From an uncultured Actinomycetota bacterium (GTDB lineage: Bacteria > Actinomycetota > Actinomycetes > JAHEKZ01): 64,000 nucleotides of DNA. Positions 26,722 through 38,075 of the stretch are shown piece by piece. The notes under the pieces are model-generated. The model was not told the DNA's origin. It worked only from the letters and a program-made list of their open reading frames with translations, and searched no databases. Every line of letters begins with the position of its first letter. Positions within the stretch are counted from its first letter, which is position 1. Where the stretch lies: assembly GCA_963743915.1 (NCBI GenBank), contig CAVURN010000002.1:338247-402246 (forward strand), written 5' to 3'. The position numbers were made by a program, and so were the translations under genes.

Positions 26722-27766
26722 CTAGTCATCTCCCTCGAAGCGTGGCGCGTCCGGGTGCAGGAGCGCCGTCCATCGGATGTCGGGGCCGACGCGGCGCACG
26801 TCGTCGAGCTCGAGCCGTCTGACGTCGCCGATCGTGGCCACGCCGAGGTCGCCGATCAGCGACGGACCGGCACCGAGCAGCGCAGGGGCCACGAAGCCCA
26901 CCATGCGGTCCACCAGGCCGGCACGGAGAAAGGCGGCCGCCAGTGTCGGCCCCCCTTCGAGCAGGACGTGCTGCACGTCGCGGTCCACGAGCGACGTCAG
27001 GAGCCCTTCGACATCGTGACCGGGGACCAGAATCGTCGGTGCGGCGTCGTCCAGCACGCGCGAGGACGCCGGCAGCGCGCGGTCCCCGAGGACGACGCGG
27101 AGAGGTTGGTGGGGCAGCAGGGAGCCGTCGGTGTCCCGTGCGGTGAGGTGCGGGTCGTCGACGAGGGCGGTACCGGTGCCGACCACCACCGCATCGACCT
27201 CGGCCCGCAACCGGTGCACCTGCGCGCGTGCCTCGGCCCCGGTGATCCACCGGCTGGTGCCGTCGGCCGCTGCCGTCCGGCCGTCGAGGGTGGAGGCGGT
27301 CTTGAGGGTCACCAGGGGTCGGCCGTGCTCCAGCGCGAACGACCAGACCCGGTTGAGGCCGGCCGCCTCGTCCTCCCGCAGACCTCCTTCGACGGAGAGC
27401 CCGGCAGCGCGGAGCGCCTCGGCCCCGCCGCGGGCGACGGGGTTGATGTCGTGCTGTCCGAAGACGACCCGCGCCACGCCGGCGTCGAGCAGCGCTTGCG
27501 TGCAAGGACCGGTACGGCCTCTGGTGGTGGCACGGCTCGAGGGTGACGACGACGGTGGCGCCGCGCGCTGCGACCCCCGCGGCGGTGAGGGCGTCGATCT
27601 CGGCGTGCGGCGTACCAGCGCCACGGTGGAAGCCTTCACCGACCACGCGTCCGTCGTCGTCGAGCACGACGGCACCGACGCGGGGATTGGGGCCTCGCGG
27701 CACGCCCGGGGTGGCCGCCAGGAGCAACGCGCGCTGCATCGCTGCGCGTTCGGCGTCGCTGGCCAT
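26722..27766 (-). pseudogene. ribD: Riboflavin biosynthesis deaminase/reductase, one frame break (about 27521)
   Basis: Reads [33 protein letters not shown], then slips to [21 protein letters not shown]...reductase half (ORFs 26726-27916 and 26722-27675). Confidence 0.9.
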
Positions 27767-27859
27767 GCCCGGCTCCCGTCGGTTCAGGCTCCGGGGTCGG
27801 ACGGGTGCAAGGACGCACCTCGGGGCCGGGCCTCCGAGCCGCTGCCCGGACGCCAGACC

Positions 27860-27995
27860 ACGCACGCGCCTCCCATCCGGACTTTGACCGTCGGCCTCGG
27901 AGTTCCACCGAGTCAACCGGTCACTGGAGGTGACCGGGTCGCGGGCTGTAACCGCCGGTTCGGAGTTGCACCGACCCCGGAGCGTGCTTCGCGGG
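27860..27995 (-). ncRNA. FMN riboswitch (RFN element) leading the rib operon
   Basis: The minus strand reads ...GCTTCGGGGTCGGTGCAACTCCGAACCGGCGGTTACAGCCCGCGACCCGGTC..GACCGGTTGACTCGGTGGAACTCCGAGGCCGACGGTCAAAGTCCGGATGGGAGGCG. This matches the conserved RFN core helices. It lies between the rpe stop and the ribD start. Confidence 0.9.
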
Positions 27996-28060
27996 TCAGT
28001 CTCTCACAGCGGCCGTGCGCCCGGCATCCCCGCGCGCCTTCGCTGCTGACCCGCGACCGG

Positions 28061-28726
28061 CTATCCGGCGGCCGCCTCGGCGGCCTTGCGCAGCTCGGCG
28101 ACCATGGCGCCGGGGTCTTCGGCGGAGTACACGGCAGAGCCGGCGACGAAGACGTCCGCACCGGCAGCTGCCGCTCGCTCGATGGTGGCCTCGGAGATGC
28201 CACCGTCGACCTGCAGCCACACCGCGGAACCCTGGTCCCGCAGCAGGGCCCGGGCCCGCTCGATCTTCGGCAGCACGACGTCGAGGAAGGGCTGGCCCCC
28301 GAACCCGGGTTCGACGGTCATGAGCAGCACCATGTCCAGCTCGGGGAACAGGTCCGCATACGGCTCCACCGGGGTCGCCGGCTTGAGCGCCATGCCGGCA
28401 CGCGCTCCGGCTCTGCGCAGCTCGCGGGCGAGCCGCACCGGTGCGCCGGCCGCTTCGACGTGGAAGGTGACCGACGCCGCCCCGGCCTCGACGTAGGCGG
28501 GTGCCCAGCGGTCGGGGTCCTCGATCATCAGGTGGCAGTCGAGGGGCAGCCGGGAGACCGCGGCCAGCCGCTCGACGATGGGCACGCCCAGGGTGAGGTT
28601 GGGGACGAAGTGGTTGTCCATCACGTCGACGTGGACCCAGTCGGCGGTGTCCGCGATGCTCTCGACCTCGTCGGCCAACCGGGTGAAGTCGGCCGTCAGG
28701 ATGCTCGGCGCGATCTGGATGCCCAC
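28061..28726 (-). CDS. rpe: Ribulose-phosphate 3-epimerase
   Basis: 221 aa: [38 protein letters not shown]. Confidence 0.95.
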   Translation of the reverse strand: MGIQIAPSILTADFTRLADEVESIADTADWVHVDVMDNHFVPNLTLGVPIVERLAAVSRLPLDCHLMIEDPDRWAPAYVEAGAASVTFHVEAAGAPVRLARELRRAGARAGMALKPATPVEPYADLFPELDMVLLMTVEPGFGGQPFLDVVLPKIERARALLRDQGSAVWLQVDGGISEATIERAAAAGADVFVAGSAVYSAEDPGAMVAELRKAAEAAAG

Positions 28727-28859
28727 GGGCGGAGTCTAAGCCGGTCACGCGCCCGGCAGCGGGGGCGGCCCGCCGCACATTGCTCCATCCGGGAGACAGG
28801 CGGGCCGACTCGGTGGCGCAGCGCGCCACCGTCGGTCACGATGGAACCAGGGAGGGGAC

Positions 28860-30081
28860 ATGGGGGGAAACACCAGCGTCGGGGGGCCGCGGCTCGTCGA
28901 CCGCGTCCTCGCCGTGCCCTCCGGGTTCACCGGAGCGGAGCGACGCCGTGCGCGGACGCTGCTCGGGATCTCCAGCGCGCTGGCAGTGGCCGCGGTGCCG
29001 GTCGCCGTTCTGGTGGGTCTCACGCTGCCCGACCCGACGCGCAGCGTCCCGGTCGTCCTCGTGGGTCTGGTGTTCTACGGGGTCATCCGCACGCTCGTCG
29101 CGCGCTCGCACGGCACGGCAGCGGCGTGGGTCTTCCTCGGCTACTTCGTGCTGGTTCCCGTCAACGGCGTCATCACCGACGGTGCCCCGCTCGCCATCGA
29201 CGTGCTCTTCCTCCCGGTGATCCCGATCCTCGCCGCCCTCGTGCTTCCCCTGCGACATGTCGTCCTCGCCTTTGCGTTGGCGATTCTCGAGCTCGGCCTC
29301 GTGGCAGCGTGGTCCCCGGACGCGGCGTACGACTCCGCCGACCTCAGCGTGTACGTGGTGATCCTGCTGGCCATCTGCGGATCGGCCGCTCTCGCCCTGT
29401 CGGTGATCATCGATGGTGCCTTCGTCGAGGTCGACACCACCAGGGTCGAGGCCCAGAGGTTGGCCGACGAGCTGCAGGTGGCCAACAGCGAGCTGGAGGT
29501 GCGCGTCCGGTCCCGCACCGCTCGAGCTCGCCGAGGCGTTGCAGCGCGAGCAGCGGCTCAGCGCCCAGCTCGCCGAGCTGTCGGTCCGTGACTCCCTCAC
29601 CGGACTGCACAACCGACGGCACATGGACGAGTCGATCGACCAGATGTTCCGTTACGCCCAACGCAGTGGGAGCCCACTCAGCGTCGCCATCATCGACCTC
29701 GACGACTTCAAACGCATCAATGACGAGTACACGCACCTGGTGGGTGACCAGGTGCTGCGCGAGGCCGCGACCGTCATGGCTGCGTGCGTCCGTGGCGCCG
29801 ACGAGCTGGTCCGCATGGGAGGCGAGGAGTTCGCGCTGCTCATGCCTGGCACGTCGTCGGGCGAGGCCATCACGGTCTGCGAGCGGATGCGACGTTCCCT
29901 CGAGACCCACGACTGGTCCACGGTGAAACCCGGCGCCCGGGTGACCGCGAGCTTCGGTGTCGCCACCAGCGGAACCAGCCGCGAGGTCTCCACGCTCATG
30001 CGTCACGCCGACGAGCAGCTGCTCAAGGCCAAGCGCAGCGGAAAGAACCGCGTGCTCTGCGCCACGGCGGAGGTGGCCTGA
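28860..30081 (+). pseudogene. Membrane-bound diguanylate cyclase (GGDEF), one frame break (about 29522)
   Basis: ORF 28860-29591 gives a multi-TM N-domain plus a coiled linker. ORF 29413-30081 continues ELAEALQREQRLS..DSLTGLHNRR..RGADELVRMGGEEFALL, with an RxxD I-site 5 aa before GGEEF. Confidence 0.88.
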
Positions 30082-30096
30082 TCCGACCCCTCGCCC

Positions 30097-31494
30097 TCAG
30101 CTGCGGCGACGGAGCAGAGCCAGGTACATCGCATCGGTGCCGTGCCGGTGCGGCCACAGCTGCACGTCCGGTCCCGGCCCGAGGAAGGGCAGCTCGGCCG
30201 GCAGGCAGCTCCGCGCGTCGAGCGGCTCGAAAGCGTCAGGGAGCGCCTCTCGTACGGCTCCGACGACCTCGACCGTCTCCTCCAGCAGCGGTGAGCACGT
30301 GACGTATCCGACCACCCCGCCGGGTCGCACCAGCCGCAGCGCGTTCTCGAGCAGCCGACGCTGCAAGGTGACGAGGTCCGGCAGGTCGCCGACGCGTCTG
30401 CGCCACCGTGCCTCCGGCCGACGACGCAACGCTCCCGTCCCCGTGCAGGGGGCGTCCAGCAGCACCCGGTCGTACCGGCCGGCTGCCTGCTCGCCCACGA
30501 CGGGATCTGCTGCATCGACCACGCGCACGGTCGCGGAGCCGTAGCCGGCGACTGCCTGCTCCACCAGGCGGGCCCGGTGCGGCTGCAGCTCCCAGGCGTC
30601 GAGCGTCGCACGGCTCTGGGTGCCCAGGGCGGCCAGCAGCGCGGCCTTGCCCCCGGGCCCTGCGCACATGTCGAGCCATCGCTCCGGGCTTGCCGGACCA
30701 CCGGCGGCGACCACCGGGGCCGCGAGCAGGGCAGCGGCCACGAGCTGGCTGCCTTCGTCCTGGACGCCGGCCCGGTGCTCGCGCACCGCGGGCAGCTGAC
30801 CCGGGTCACCGCCCGGCCAGACGACCGCCCACGGTGACCAGCGTCCCGGTTCTCCCCCGGCGCTGACCAGCTCGGACACGTCGCAGCGTCCGGGGCGAGC
30901 GACCAGCGTGACCGCCGGGCTCCGGTTGTCGGCGGCGAGGAGCGCCTCGAGCTCGCCGGCGCCGTCCCGGGCCACCAGGGCCCGGTCGAAGGCCTCCACG
31001 ACCCAGCGCGGGTGGGCATGCCGGAGGGCGAGCCCGTCGAGAGGGTCGTGGTGCGGGTCGTCGGCGAGCAGCGCGTCGACCCACGCGTCGTAGTCCTTGC
31101 TACTGATGCGGCGGAGCACGGCGTTGACGAAACCTGCCCGTCCAGCCCCGAGCTCGCGCCTGGCGAGGGTCACGGTGGTGGCGACAGCGGCGTGCGGCGG
31201 CACCTGCATACCGAGGAGCTGGTGGGTACCCAGCCGTAACAGGTCGCGCACCGGGGGGTCGACGCCGTCCCAGGGGCGGTCGATGCTGGCAGCAGCGATC
31301 CGGTCGTACGTACCCGAACGACGGAGGGTCCCGTAGGTGAGCTCGGTGGCAAAGGCCGCATCGCGTCCGGCCAGACCGGCCTTCCGCAGCCGTCGCGGGA
31401 GCAGCAGGTTCGCGTACGCGCTCCGTTCGGAGACGGCGCGCAGCACGCTGAACGCCACGGCCCGGGCGGAGTCGTCGGGCGGCTGGGGTGTCAC
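30097..31494 (-). CDS. rsmB: 16S rRNA (cytosine-C5)-methyltransferase RsmB/Sun
   Basis: 465 aa. Has a NusB-like N-domain and MTase motifs DMCAGPGGK and [17 protein letters not shown]. Confidence 0.9.
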   Translation of the reverse strand: MTPQPPDDSARAVAFSVLRAVSERSAYANLLLPRRLRKAGLAGRDAAFATELTYGTLRRSGTYDRIAAASIDRPWDGVDPPVRDLLRLGTHQLLGMQVPPHAAVATTVTLARRELGAGRAGFVNAVLRRISSKDYDAWVDALLADDPHHDPLDGLALRHAHPRWVVEAFDRALVARDGAGELEALLAADNRSPAVTLVARPGRCDVSELVSAGGEPGRWSPWAVVWPGGDPGQLPAVREHRAGVQDEGSQLVAAALLAAPVVAAGGPASPERWLDMCAGPGGKAALLAALGTQSRATLDAWELQPHRARLVEQAVAGYGSATVRVVDAADPVVGEQAAGRYDRVLLDAPCTGTGALRRRPEARWRRRVGDLPDLVTLQRRLLENALRLVRPGGVVGYVTCSPLLEETVEVVGAVREALPDAFEPLDARSCLPAELPFLGPGPDVQLWPHRHGTDAMYLALLRRRS

Positions 31495-32438
31495 GAGAAG
31501 CGCTCGTCACCGACGAGTCGGGCACCACGCGCCCAGTCGGAGGCGGCCATCGGTCGCCTGCCGGCCGGGCGCACCTGTCCGAGCTCGACGGGCACCGACC
31601 CGGTGCCGACGTAGACCGCACCCTTTGTCACCGCCACCTGGCCCGGGGAGAGGGGGTCGATCCCTGCATCCCGCAGGTCGGTGGAGGCGTCGCTGGAGGC
31701 AAGGCGCAGCAGTCCGAGCCGGACGCCGGCGACCTCGCTCCAGGCGCCGGGCGCCGGGGTGCACGCACGGATCCGTCGGTCGACGGCAAGGGCGGGATCG
31801 GTCCAGCGGACCCGCGCGTCCGCGGTCGTCAGCTTCGGCGCGTGACTGACGTCCGCGGCCGACTGCGGCACCGGACGGAGCTCGCCGCTGGCGATGCCGT
31901 CGATCGTCTGGGCCAGCAGCTCGGCTCCGCTCGTCGCCAGGCGGGCCAGCAGGTCACCGGCGGTGTCGGAGGGCCGGACGGTCTCGGTGACCGTCCCGTA
32001 GACCGGTCCGGTGTCCAGTCCCTCCTCCAGCAGGAAGGTGGAGGCACCGGTGACCTCATCCCCGTGCAGCAGCGCATGCTGCACCGGTGCTGCGCCGCGC
32101 CACGCCGGGAGCAGCGAGAAGTGCAGGTTGACCCACCCGTGCGGCGGGAGCGTCAACAGCGGACGTGGGACGAGACCGCCGTACGCGACCACCGGACAGC
32201 AGTCCGGGGAGAGGGCCGCGATCTCGCCAGCTGTCTCGGCGTTGAGCGCTGCCGGCCGCAGCACGGGAAGTCCGAGCTCCGACGCACGCCGCGCCACAGG
32301 AGACGGCTCGAGGCGGCGTCCCCGTCGCGACGGCGCGTCCGGCCGGGTGAGCACACCGACGACCTCGTGGGGCGAGGCGAGCAGCCGCTCCAGGGACGGA
32401 AGGGCGACGTCAGGCGTTCCGGCGAAGAGGAGACGCAT
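31491..32438 (-). CDS. fmt: Methionyl-tRNA formyltransferase
   Basis: ORF 31491-32735 trimmed to [16 protein letters not shown] (about 32438). Contains the motif [20 protein letters not shown]. Confidence 0.94.
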   Translation of the reverse strand: MRLLFAGTPDVALPSLERLLASPHEVVGVLTRPDAPSRRGRRLEPSPVARRASELGLPVLRPAALNAETAGEIAALSPDCCPVVAYGGLVPRPLLTLPPHGWVNLHFSLLPAWRGAAPVQHALLHGDEVTGASTFLLEEGLDTGPVYGTVTETVRPSDTAGDLLARLATSGAELLAQTIDGIASGELRPVPQSAADVSHAPKLTTADARVRWTDPALAVDRRIRACTPAPGAWSEVAGVRLGLLRLASSDASTDLRDAGIDPLSPGQVAVTKGAVYVGTGSVPVELGQVRPAGRRPMAASDWARGARLVGDERFS

Positions 32439-32449
32439 GGACGGCGGAC

Positions 32450-32995
32450 TCAGAGGGCGACGCCGCGGGTGGGGTGGGGACTGACCTTGACCGTGGGCAC
32501 CGGTCCCCCCGCCCACTCCGCCTCGCGGATCGCCTTCATGGCCGCCTTGCGCTGCTCCTGGTCGAGCCGGTCGATGAACAAGATCCCGTCGAGGTGGTCG
32601 GTCTCGTGCTGCACGCAGCGCGCGAGCAGCTCGGTTCCCTCGATCACCACCGGGTCGCCGTACATGTTGAATCCCTTGGCCACGACACCGAAGGCGCGCC
32701 TGCAGTCGAACGTCAGCCCGGGGAGCGAAAGACACCCCTCCTCGCCGTCCTGTGTCTCCTCGGTGAGGTCGAGGGTCGGGTTGACCAGGTGTCCGACCAC
32801 GTCGTCGACGTCGTACGTGAAGACCCGCAAGGAGACCCCGAGCTGGGGTGCGGCGAGACCGACTCCAGGCGCGTCGAGCATGGTCTCGGTGAGGTCCTTG
32901 ACCAGCGTCCGCAGCTCCTTGTCGAAGTCGACCACCGGCTGCGCCGGCATGCGCAGCACCGGGTCGCCGAAGAGCCGGATGGGTTGGACGGTCAT
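32450..32995 (-). CDS. def: Peptide deformylase
   Basis: 181 aa with motifs [18 protein letters not shown] and QHETDHLDG. Confidence 0.96.
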   Translation of the reverse strand: MTVQPIRLFGDPVLRMPAQPVVDFDKELRTLVKDLTETMLDAPGVGLAAPQLGVSLRVFTYDVDDVVGHLVNPTLDLTEETQDGEEGCLSLPGLTFDCRRAFGVVAKGFNMYGDPVVIEGTELLARCVQHETDHLDGILFIDRLDQEQRKAAMKAIREAEWAGGPVPTVKVSPHPTRGVAL

Positions 32996-33002
32996 GCAGA
33001 TC

Positions 33003-33008
33003 AGTCTA
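33003..33008 (-). promoter_or_regulatory. Candidate -10 (TAGACT) placed 7 nt before the def ATG (leaderless def-fmt-rsmB transcript)
   Basis: The minus strand reads ...GATCATTAGACTgatctgcATG. There is no SD-like purine run before the ATG. Confidence 0.3.
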
Positions 33009-33034
33009 ATGATCGCCGCGGCAGCAGCTGGTCT

Positions 33035-33086
33035 CAGCGTCAGGTCACAGCGTCAGGTCACAGCGTCAAGTCACAGGGCCAGGTCA
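33035..33086. repeat. Four tandem copies of a 13-nt unit (CAGCGTCAGGTCA on +; TGACCTGACGCTG on -)
   Basis: Reads CAGCGTCAGGTCA CAGCGTCAGGTCA CAGCGTCAAGTCA CAGGGCCAGGTCA. The last units overlap the priA stop codon; the rest fill the priA-def gap. Confidence 0.85.
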
Positions 33087-35176
33087 CTGGGATCGACCTG
33101 GACGCGGGGCACCCGGTGCTTGCGCACGGTGATCTGACCCAGGGCGCGCCGGAGCGCGAGCGCCAGCTCCGAGGCGCGCTGCGGCGGTGCGGCGAGCATC
33201 CAGGTGGCCTGGGCCTCGTCTCCCCCGGTCGGCCGGGCGACCGGTCCGTAGGTGTCCGTGCCCTCCGGGAGCTCGAGCAACTCGCGGAGCTCGGCGACCG
33301 CCGCGGTGCCACCGGAGACCACCGCGAAGCGACGACCGGGGGGCAGTCCGAGCGCCTGGCGGTCGGCGAGCTCGTGGCCGGCGAAGCCGACCGGGTCCCA
33401 CCGCACCAACGCCTGGACCACCCGCATGGCCGCGTCGGCCACGACCACGACCTGGCCGCCGGCCTCCGAGCTGCGGACCAGGGCTGCCGCGGCGACCCAC
33501 CGACGCAGTGCCTCTTCGTCGGCCCGCAGGTCGGCCCGACCGACGAGCGCCCAGGTGTCGAGCAGCAGAGCCGCTGCGTAGCCGCCCGGTGCCAAGGGCT
33601 CGGCGCCCGGCGTCGCTACCACCAACGAGGGCTCGGCATCGACCTGGCGAAGGACGTCGCGACCGCCGGAGGTGATCACCGGCACCCCAGGGAACGCGCG
33701 CCCCAGCTCTTCGGCGGTGCGACGAGCGCCGACGACTGCAGCACGCAGCTGGTCGTGCCCACACTCGGTGCAGCGGAACCCGGCGACCACGGTCGCGCAC
33801 CACTGGCAGGCCGGGGTCCCGCCTGCCGACGGGACGCCGACCGGGCCCTGACACTGCGCGCACCGTACGCGTGACCGGCACCGGCCGCACACCACTGCCG
33901 GCAGGTAGCCGCGTCGGGGCACCTGCACGAGGACCGGGCCCCGGGTGAGGCCGTCGTGGGCGGCCCTCCAGGCGACCGAGGGCAGCCGCGCGGCAGCCGC
34001 GAGCGGGTCGCGGTCGGAGTGCGCGTCGCTGCTGGCGCGCACGCGTGGGGCGGATCGCCGGACCTCGGCGCGGTCCGGTGACACCGGCTCGAGGAAGCCG
34101 CGCTCCACCATCGCGGCCACCTCGGTGCTGCGGGTGTAGCCGCCGATCAGCAGCGCGCTGCCGCTCTGGTGCACCCGTAGCGCGGCGACCTCGCGCACGT
34201 GCGGGTACGGCGCGCGGGGCTCGGCGTGGAGGTCGTCGCCGTCATCCCACACGACGACGAGGCCGAGCCGTGCCACGGGCGCATACACCGCGGCGCGGGT
34301 GCCGACCACGACCGACGCCTGTCCGCGCAGCACCCGGAGCCACCGGCGGTAACGCTCCCGCGGACCGAGATCGGCGGTGAGGACGACGTGCTCGACCTGC
34401 GCCGCGGTGAGGGCGGAGGCCATCTGCTGGACGTCTCGGTGGTCGGGCACGACGACCAGCACCCCGCGACCGGCGGCGGCGGTGGTGGCCACGGCGGCCA
34501 CGACAGCACCGATCCAGTGGAGCGGCCGGTCGTCGGACGGTGGCCCGGGCAAGGTCGTCCAGGCCGCACGCGGGCGTCGGCCCTCCGCCAGGGCGCGGAG
34601 GAAGGCCGGCCCACGGCGGTAGCGCGCCCAAGGTTCGTCGTCGACGCGTGGCACCAGAAGCTGCTCGGGTCGCGCCGGATCCGCGGTGGCCTCGCGTTCG
34701 ACGGCGGCGTGGCGCGGAGGCACCGCCAGCCGCAGCACGTCGGCGAGGGTACCCGCGTACCGGTCGGCCACTGCCCGGGCCAGCCGGAGGACCTCAGGGG
34801 TGAGCACCGGCTCGGGTGAGAGGACCGACGCCAAGGGACTGAGTCGACCGCCGTGCTCGCTGGTCGCCAACCGTTCGAGCAGGAACCCGTCGACCAGCTG
34901 CCCGGCGAACCGCACCCGCACCCGGCAGCCCGGGACCGCCGAGGCGTCCTGCGCCTCGGTGACGAGGTAGTCGAAGGGACGGTCGAGGTGGGCGAGCGGC
35001 ACATCGACGGCGACCCGCGCCACCGGCAGCAGCTCGGCCACCGGACGCGCGGTGGAGGGTCCCGCCCGCCGGGCGCGCGCCGCCCGGCGGCGCACCGCCG
35101 CCTGCGGAAGGTCGGACAGACGCAGCTGCTCACCCTGTTCGCCGCCGGGCGGTGCGGGCGCGGGGCTGTCGGTCAC
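33071..35176 (-). CDS. priA: Primosomal protein N' (PriA)
   Basis: 701 aa, uninterrupted. Has a Cys-rich zinc region CGRCRSRVRCAQCQG...CQWC...FRCTECG and a helicase-like core. Confidence 0.9.
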   Translation of the reverse strand: MTDSPAPAPPGGEQGEQLRLSDLPQAAVRRRAARARRAGPSTARPVAELLPVARVAVDVPLAHLDRPFDYLVTEAQDASAVPGCRVRVRFAGQLVDGFLLERLATSEHGGRLSPLASVLSPEPVLTPEVLRLARAVADRYAGTLADVLRLAVPPRHAAVEREATADPARPEQLLVPRVDDEPWARYRRGPAFLRALAEGRRPRAAWTTLPGPPSDDRPLHWIGAVVAAVATTAAAGRGVLVVVPDHRDVQQMASALTAAQVEHVVLTADLGPRERYRRWLRVLRGQASVVVGTRAAVYAPVARLGLVVVWDDGDDLHAEPRAPYPHVREVAALRVHQSGSALLIGGYTRSTEVAAMVERGFLEPVSPDRAEVRRSAPRVRASSDAHSDRDPLAAAARLPSVAWRAAHDGLTRGPVLVQVPRRGYLPAVVCGRCRSRVRCAQCQGPVGVPSAGGTPACQWCATVVAGFRCTECGHDQLRAAVVGARRTAEELGRAFPGVPVITSGGRDVLRQVDAEPSLVVATPGAEPLAPGGYAAALLLDTWALVGRADLRADEEALRRWVAAAALVRSSEAGGQVVVVADAAMRVVQALVRWDPVGFAGHELADRQALGLPPGRRFAVVSGGTAAVAELRELLELPEGTDTYGPVARPTGGDEAQATWMLAAPPQRASELALALRRALGQITVRKHRVPRVQVDPSDLAL

Positions 35177-35225
35177 GACGGAGTTCTACCGGTCGGGACC
35201 GACGAGGTCGGGCCGGATCCCGGCG

Positions 35226-36419
35226 TCAGGCGCCCGCTGCTGAGCGGAGCGCGTCCGCCCGGTTGGTGGCCTCCCACGTGAAGTCCGGCAGCTCCCGGCC
35301 GAAGTGGCCGTAGGCCGCGGTCTGGGCGTAGATCGGCCGGAGCAGGTCGAGGTCGGCGATGATCGCCCCCGGGCGCAGGTCGAAGACCTCGAGCACCGCG
35401 CGCTGGATTTCCGCGTCCGGGACCGTTCCGGTGCCGAAGGTCTCGACGAACAGCCCCACGGGATGGGCCTTGCCGATCGCGTAGGCGACCTGTACCTCGC
35501 ACCGTCGGGCCAGTCCGGCCGCCACGACGTTCTTGGCCACCCAGCGCATGGCGTAGGCGGCTGACCGGTCGACCTTGCTCGGGTCCTTGCCGGAGAAGGC
35601 CCCGCCTCCGTGCCTGGCCATGCCGCCGTAGGTATCGATGATGATCTTGCGTCCGGTGAGGCCGGCGTCCCCCATGGGCCCGCCCACCTCGAACCGGCCG
35701 GTGGGGTTCACGAGCACCCGGTAGTCGCTGGCGTCGACCGCGAACCCGGCAAGCGTCGGCGCGATCACCAGCTCCTCGATGTCGGGCTGCAGCAGCGTCT
35801 CGAGGTCGATGTCACCGGCGTGCTGGGTGGAGACGACCACCGTGTCGACCCGCGCCGGGCGGTCGCCGTCGTACTCGATGGTGACCTGCGTCTTGCCGTC
35901 CGGGCGCAGGTAGGGCACCTGGCCGTCGCGCCGCACCGCGGCCAGCTGCTGGGCCATCCGGTGGGCGATCATGATCGGGAGCGGCATGAGCTCGGCCGTC
36001 TCGTCGCACGCGTAGCCGAACATCAGCCCCTGGTCGCCCGCCCCCTGCCGGTCGAGCGGGTCGGCGGAGTGGTCGTGGCGCTCCTCGTAGGCGTCGTCGA
36101 CGCCCTGGGCGATGTCGGGAGACTGCGCGCCGATCGACACCGAGACGCCGCAGGATCCGCCGTCGAAGCCCTTCTTGCTCGAGTCGTAGCCGATGGACAG
36201 CACCTTCTCGCGGACCAGTCCGGGGATGTCGGCGTAGGCACTCGTCGTGACCTCGCCGGCGACGTGCACGAGGCCGGTGGTGACGAGGGTCTCCACCGCG
36301 ACCCGGCTGCTCGGGTCGTCCTTGATGAGTGCATCGAGGATGGTGTCGCTGATCTGGTCGGCGATCTTGTCCGGGTGACCTTCGGTCACGGACTCGGAGG
36401 TGAAGAGGCGGCCAGTCAC
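35226..36419 (-). CDS. metK: S-adenosylmethionine synthase
   Basis: ORF 35226-36656 trimmed to a GTG at about 36419 ([25 protein letters not shown]). Also contains [16 protein letters not shown]. Confidence 0.96.
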   Translation of the reverse strand: MTGRLFTSESVTEGHPDKIADQISDTILDALIKDDPSSRVAVETLVTTGLVHVAGEVTTSAYADIPGLVREKVLSIGYDSSKKGFDGGSCGVSVSIGAQSPDIAQGVDDAYEERHDHSADPLDRQGAGDQGLMFGYACDETAELMPLPIMIAHRMAQQLAAVRRDGQVPYLRPDGKTQVTIEYDGDRPARVDTVVVSTQHAGDIDLETLLQPDIEELVIAPTLAGFAVDASDYRVLVNPTGRFEVGGPMGDAGLTGRKIIIDTYGGMARHGGGAFSGKDPSKVDRSAAYAMRWVAKNVVAAGLARRCEVQVAYAIGKAHPVGLFVETFGTGTVPDAEIQRAVLEVFDLRPGAIIADLDLLRPIYAQTAAYGHFGRELPDFTWEATNRADALRSAAGA

Positions 36420-36481
36420 GACGGGTGCTCCTCGTGTGCGCGGGGCGATGGGACGCCGGCGGGCCGCCGGCACCGGGCAGT

Positions 36482-37687
36482 CTAGTGAGCGGGCAGCCGT
36501 TCGACGACGAGGTCCCAGACGCGGTGGGCCAGCGCCGTCTTCGGGCCTCGCTGCACCTCGGTCATGCTGCCGTCGCGGCCCAGGATCACCGCGGCGTTGT
36601 CGTCCGTGCCGAAGGCGAGCCCGGGGCCCACCTCGTTGACCACGAGCAGGTCGCACCCCTTCCGGGCGAGCTTGGCGGCACCGTGCGCACGCCAGTCGGC
36701 CACGTCGTCACCGGTCTCGGCCGCGAACCCGACGACCACCTGTCCCTGACCCCGCGCCGCCACCAGCGCGGCGAGCACGTCGTCGGTGGGCGAGAGCACC
36801 ATCGTGGGCACCCCCTCGTCCTTCTTGATCTTGTGATCGATGACGTCCGAGGGCCGGAAGTCGGCCACTGCAGCGGCCATGACGACCGCGTCCGCCGACG
36901 GGGCGAGGCCGAGGACTGCATCCTTCAGCTCAGCCGCCGTCTCGACCCGGTGCACGGTGGCACCGGCGGGATCGGGAAGGGACACGTTGGCGGCGACGAG
37001 CTCCACCCGCGCTCCCCTTGCCACCGCTGCACTGGCGAGCGCGTACCCCTGACGCCCGCTACTGCGGTTGCCCAGGAACCGCACCGGGTCGACCGGCTCG
37101 CGGGTGCCACCCGCCGAGACCACGACGGTGCGACCGATCAGGTCAGGAGCTGCTGACGGACGGGCGAGCACCTGCTCGGCGACCGCGACGATCGCGTCGG
37201 GGTCGGGGAGCCGACCCTTGCCGGAGTCCGCGCCGGTCAGCCGACCCTCGGCCGGTTCGAGCACCAGGACCCCGCGCTGGCGAAGGGTCGCGACGTTGGC
37301 GACCGTGGCGGCCTGCTCCCACATCTCGGTGTGCATCGCCGGCGCCATCACGACCGGGCACCGGGCGGTGAGCAGCACGTTGGTCAGCAGGTCGTCGGCG
37401 AGTCCGTGCGTCGCCTTCGCGAGCAGGTTGGCGGTCGCCGGGACGACGAGCACGAGGTCGGCCTCCTGGCCGAGCCGGACGTGTGGGACGGCGTGGGCGT
37501 CGGCGAACGGATCAGCGGTGACGGGTTCACCGGAGAGCGCGGCCCAGGTCGGCGCACCGACGAACTGCAGCGCCGCGGCCGTGGGGACGACCCGGACGCG
37601 GTGCCCGGCCTCGGTGAGGCGGCGCAGCACCTCGCAGCCCTTGTACGCCGCTATTCCCCCGGAGACCCCGAGGACGATGCGCGCCAT
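36482..37687 (-). CDS. coaBC: Bifunctional phosphopantothenoylcysteine decarboxylase / synthetase
   Basis: ORF 36482-37915 trimmed to [16 protein letters not shown] (about 37687). The CoaB half has [21 protein letters not shown]. Confidence 0.94.
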   Translation of the reverse strand: MARIVLGVSGGIAAYKGCEVLRRLTEAGHRVRVVPTAAALQFVGAPTWAALSGEPVTADPFADAHAVPHVRLGQEADLVLVVPATANLLAKATHGLADDLLTNVLLTARCPVVMAPAMHTEMWEQAATVANVATLRQRGVLVLEPAEGRLTGADSGKGRLPDPDAIVAVAEQVLARPSAAPDLIGRTVVVSAGGTREPVDPVRFLGNRSSGRQGYALASAAVARGARVELVAANVSLPDPAGATVHRVETAAELKDAVLGLAPSADAVVMAAAVADFRPSDVIDHKIKKDEGVPTMVLSPTDDVLAALVAARGQGQVVVGFAAETGDDVADWRAHGAAKLARKGCDLLVVNEVGPGLAFGTDDNAAVILGRDGSMTEVQRGPKTALAHRVWDLVVERLPAH

Positions 37688-37709
37688 GTCGTGGAGGGTG
37701 ACGCGTCGG

Positions 37710-38021
37710 TCAGGAACCCTTGGCGCCGCCGCCGGACTGGACGCCGTGCTCGTCGAGGTCACCCTCGACACGCTCGTAGGTGAGCAGGTCGGCGCTGATC
37801 TCACGCATCGCGATCGACAGCGGCTTCTCCTGGACGTGGGTGTCGACGAGCGGGCCGACGTACTCCAGCAGGCCCTCACCGAGCTGGGAGTAGTACGCGT
37901 TGATCTGCCGGGCACGCTTGGCCGAGTACAGCACCAGCGCGTACTTCGAGTCGACCTTGCTCAACAGGTCGTCGATCGGCGGGTTGGTGATGCCTTCGGG
38001 GACGCCGGTGACTCCGGACAC
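37710..38021 (-). CDS. rpoZ: DNA-directed RNA polymerase subunit omega
   Basis: 103 aa: [34 protein letters not shown]. Confidence 0.94.
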   Translation of the reverse strand: MSGVTGVPEGITNPPIDDLLSKVDSKYALVLYSAKRARQINAYYSQLGEGLLEYVGPLVDTHVQEKPLSIAMREISADLLTYERVEGDLDEHGVQSGGGAKGS

Positions 38022-38075
38022 ACGAACTCCTGCAGGTAGGGGGTGGGCAACCGGGCCGCCTGCGCCGGTGGGCGG

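Noticed and set aside
27131-29926. 931-aa plus-strand ORF, and many similar long antisense ORFs (for example 2790-4076, 3866-5728, 11922-14069, 42703-44979, 54835-56619).
   Set aside because: These are typical shadow ORFs of very GC-rich DNA. They are Arg/Pro/Gly/Ala-rich, show no recognisable domains, and each lies antisense to a strongly conserved gene.
33035-33086. Possible CRISPR array (also considered for the repeats at 16761-16806 and 49808-49837).
   Set aside because: The units are 13-16 nt and directly abutting, with no spacers. There are only 2-4 copies and no cas genes in the window.
36420-36481. SAM riboswitch upstream of metK.
   Set aside because: The gap is only about 60 nt and lacks the conserved SAM-I/SAM-IV cores. 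It is too short for an aptamer plus platform.
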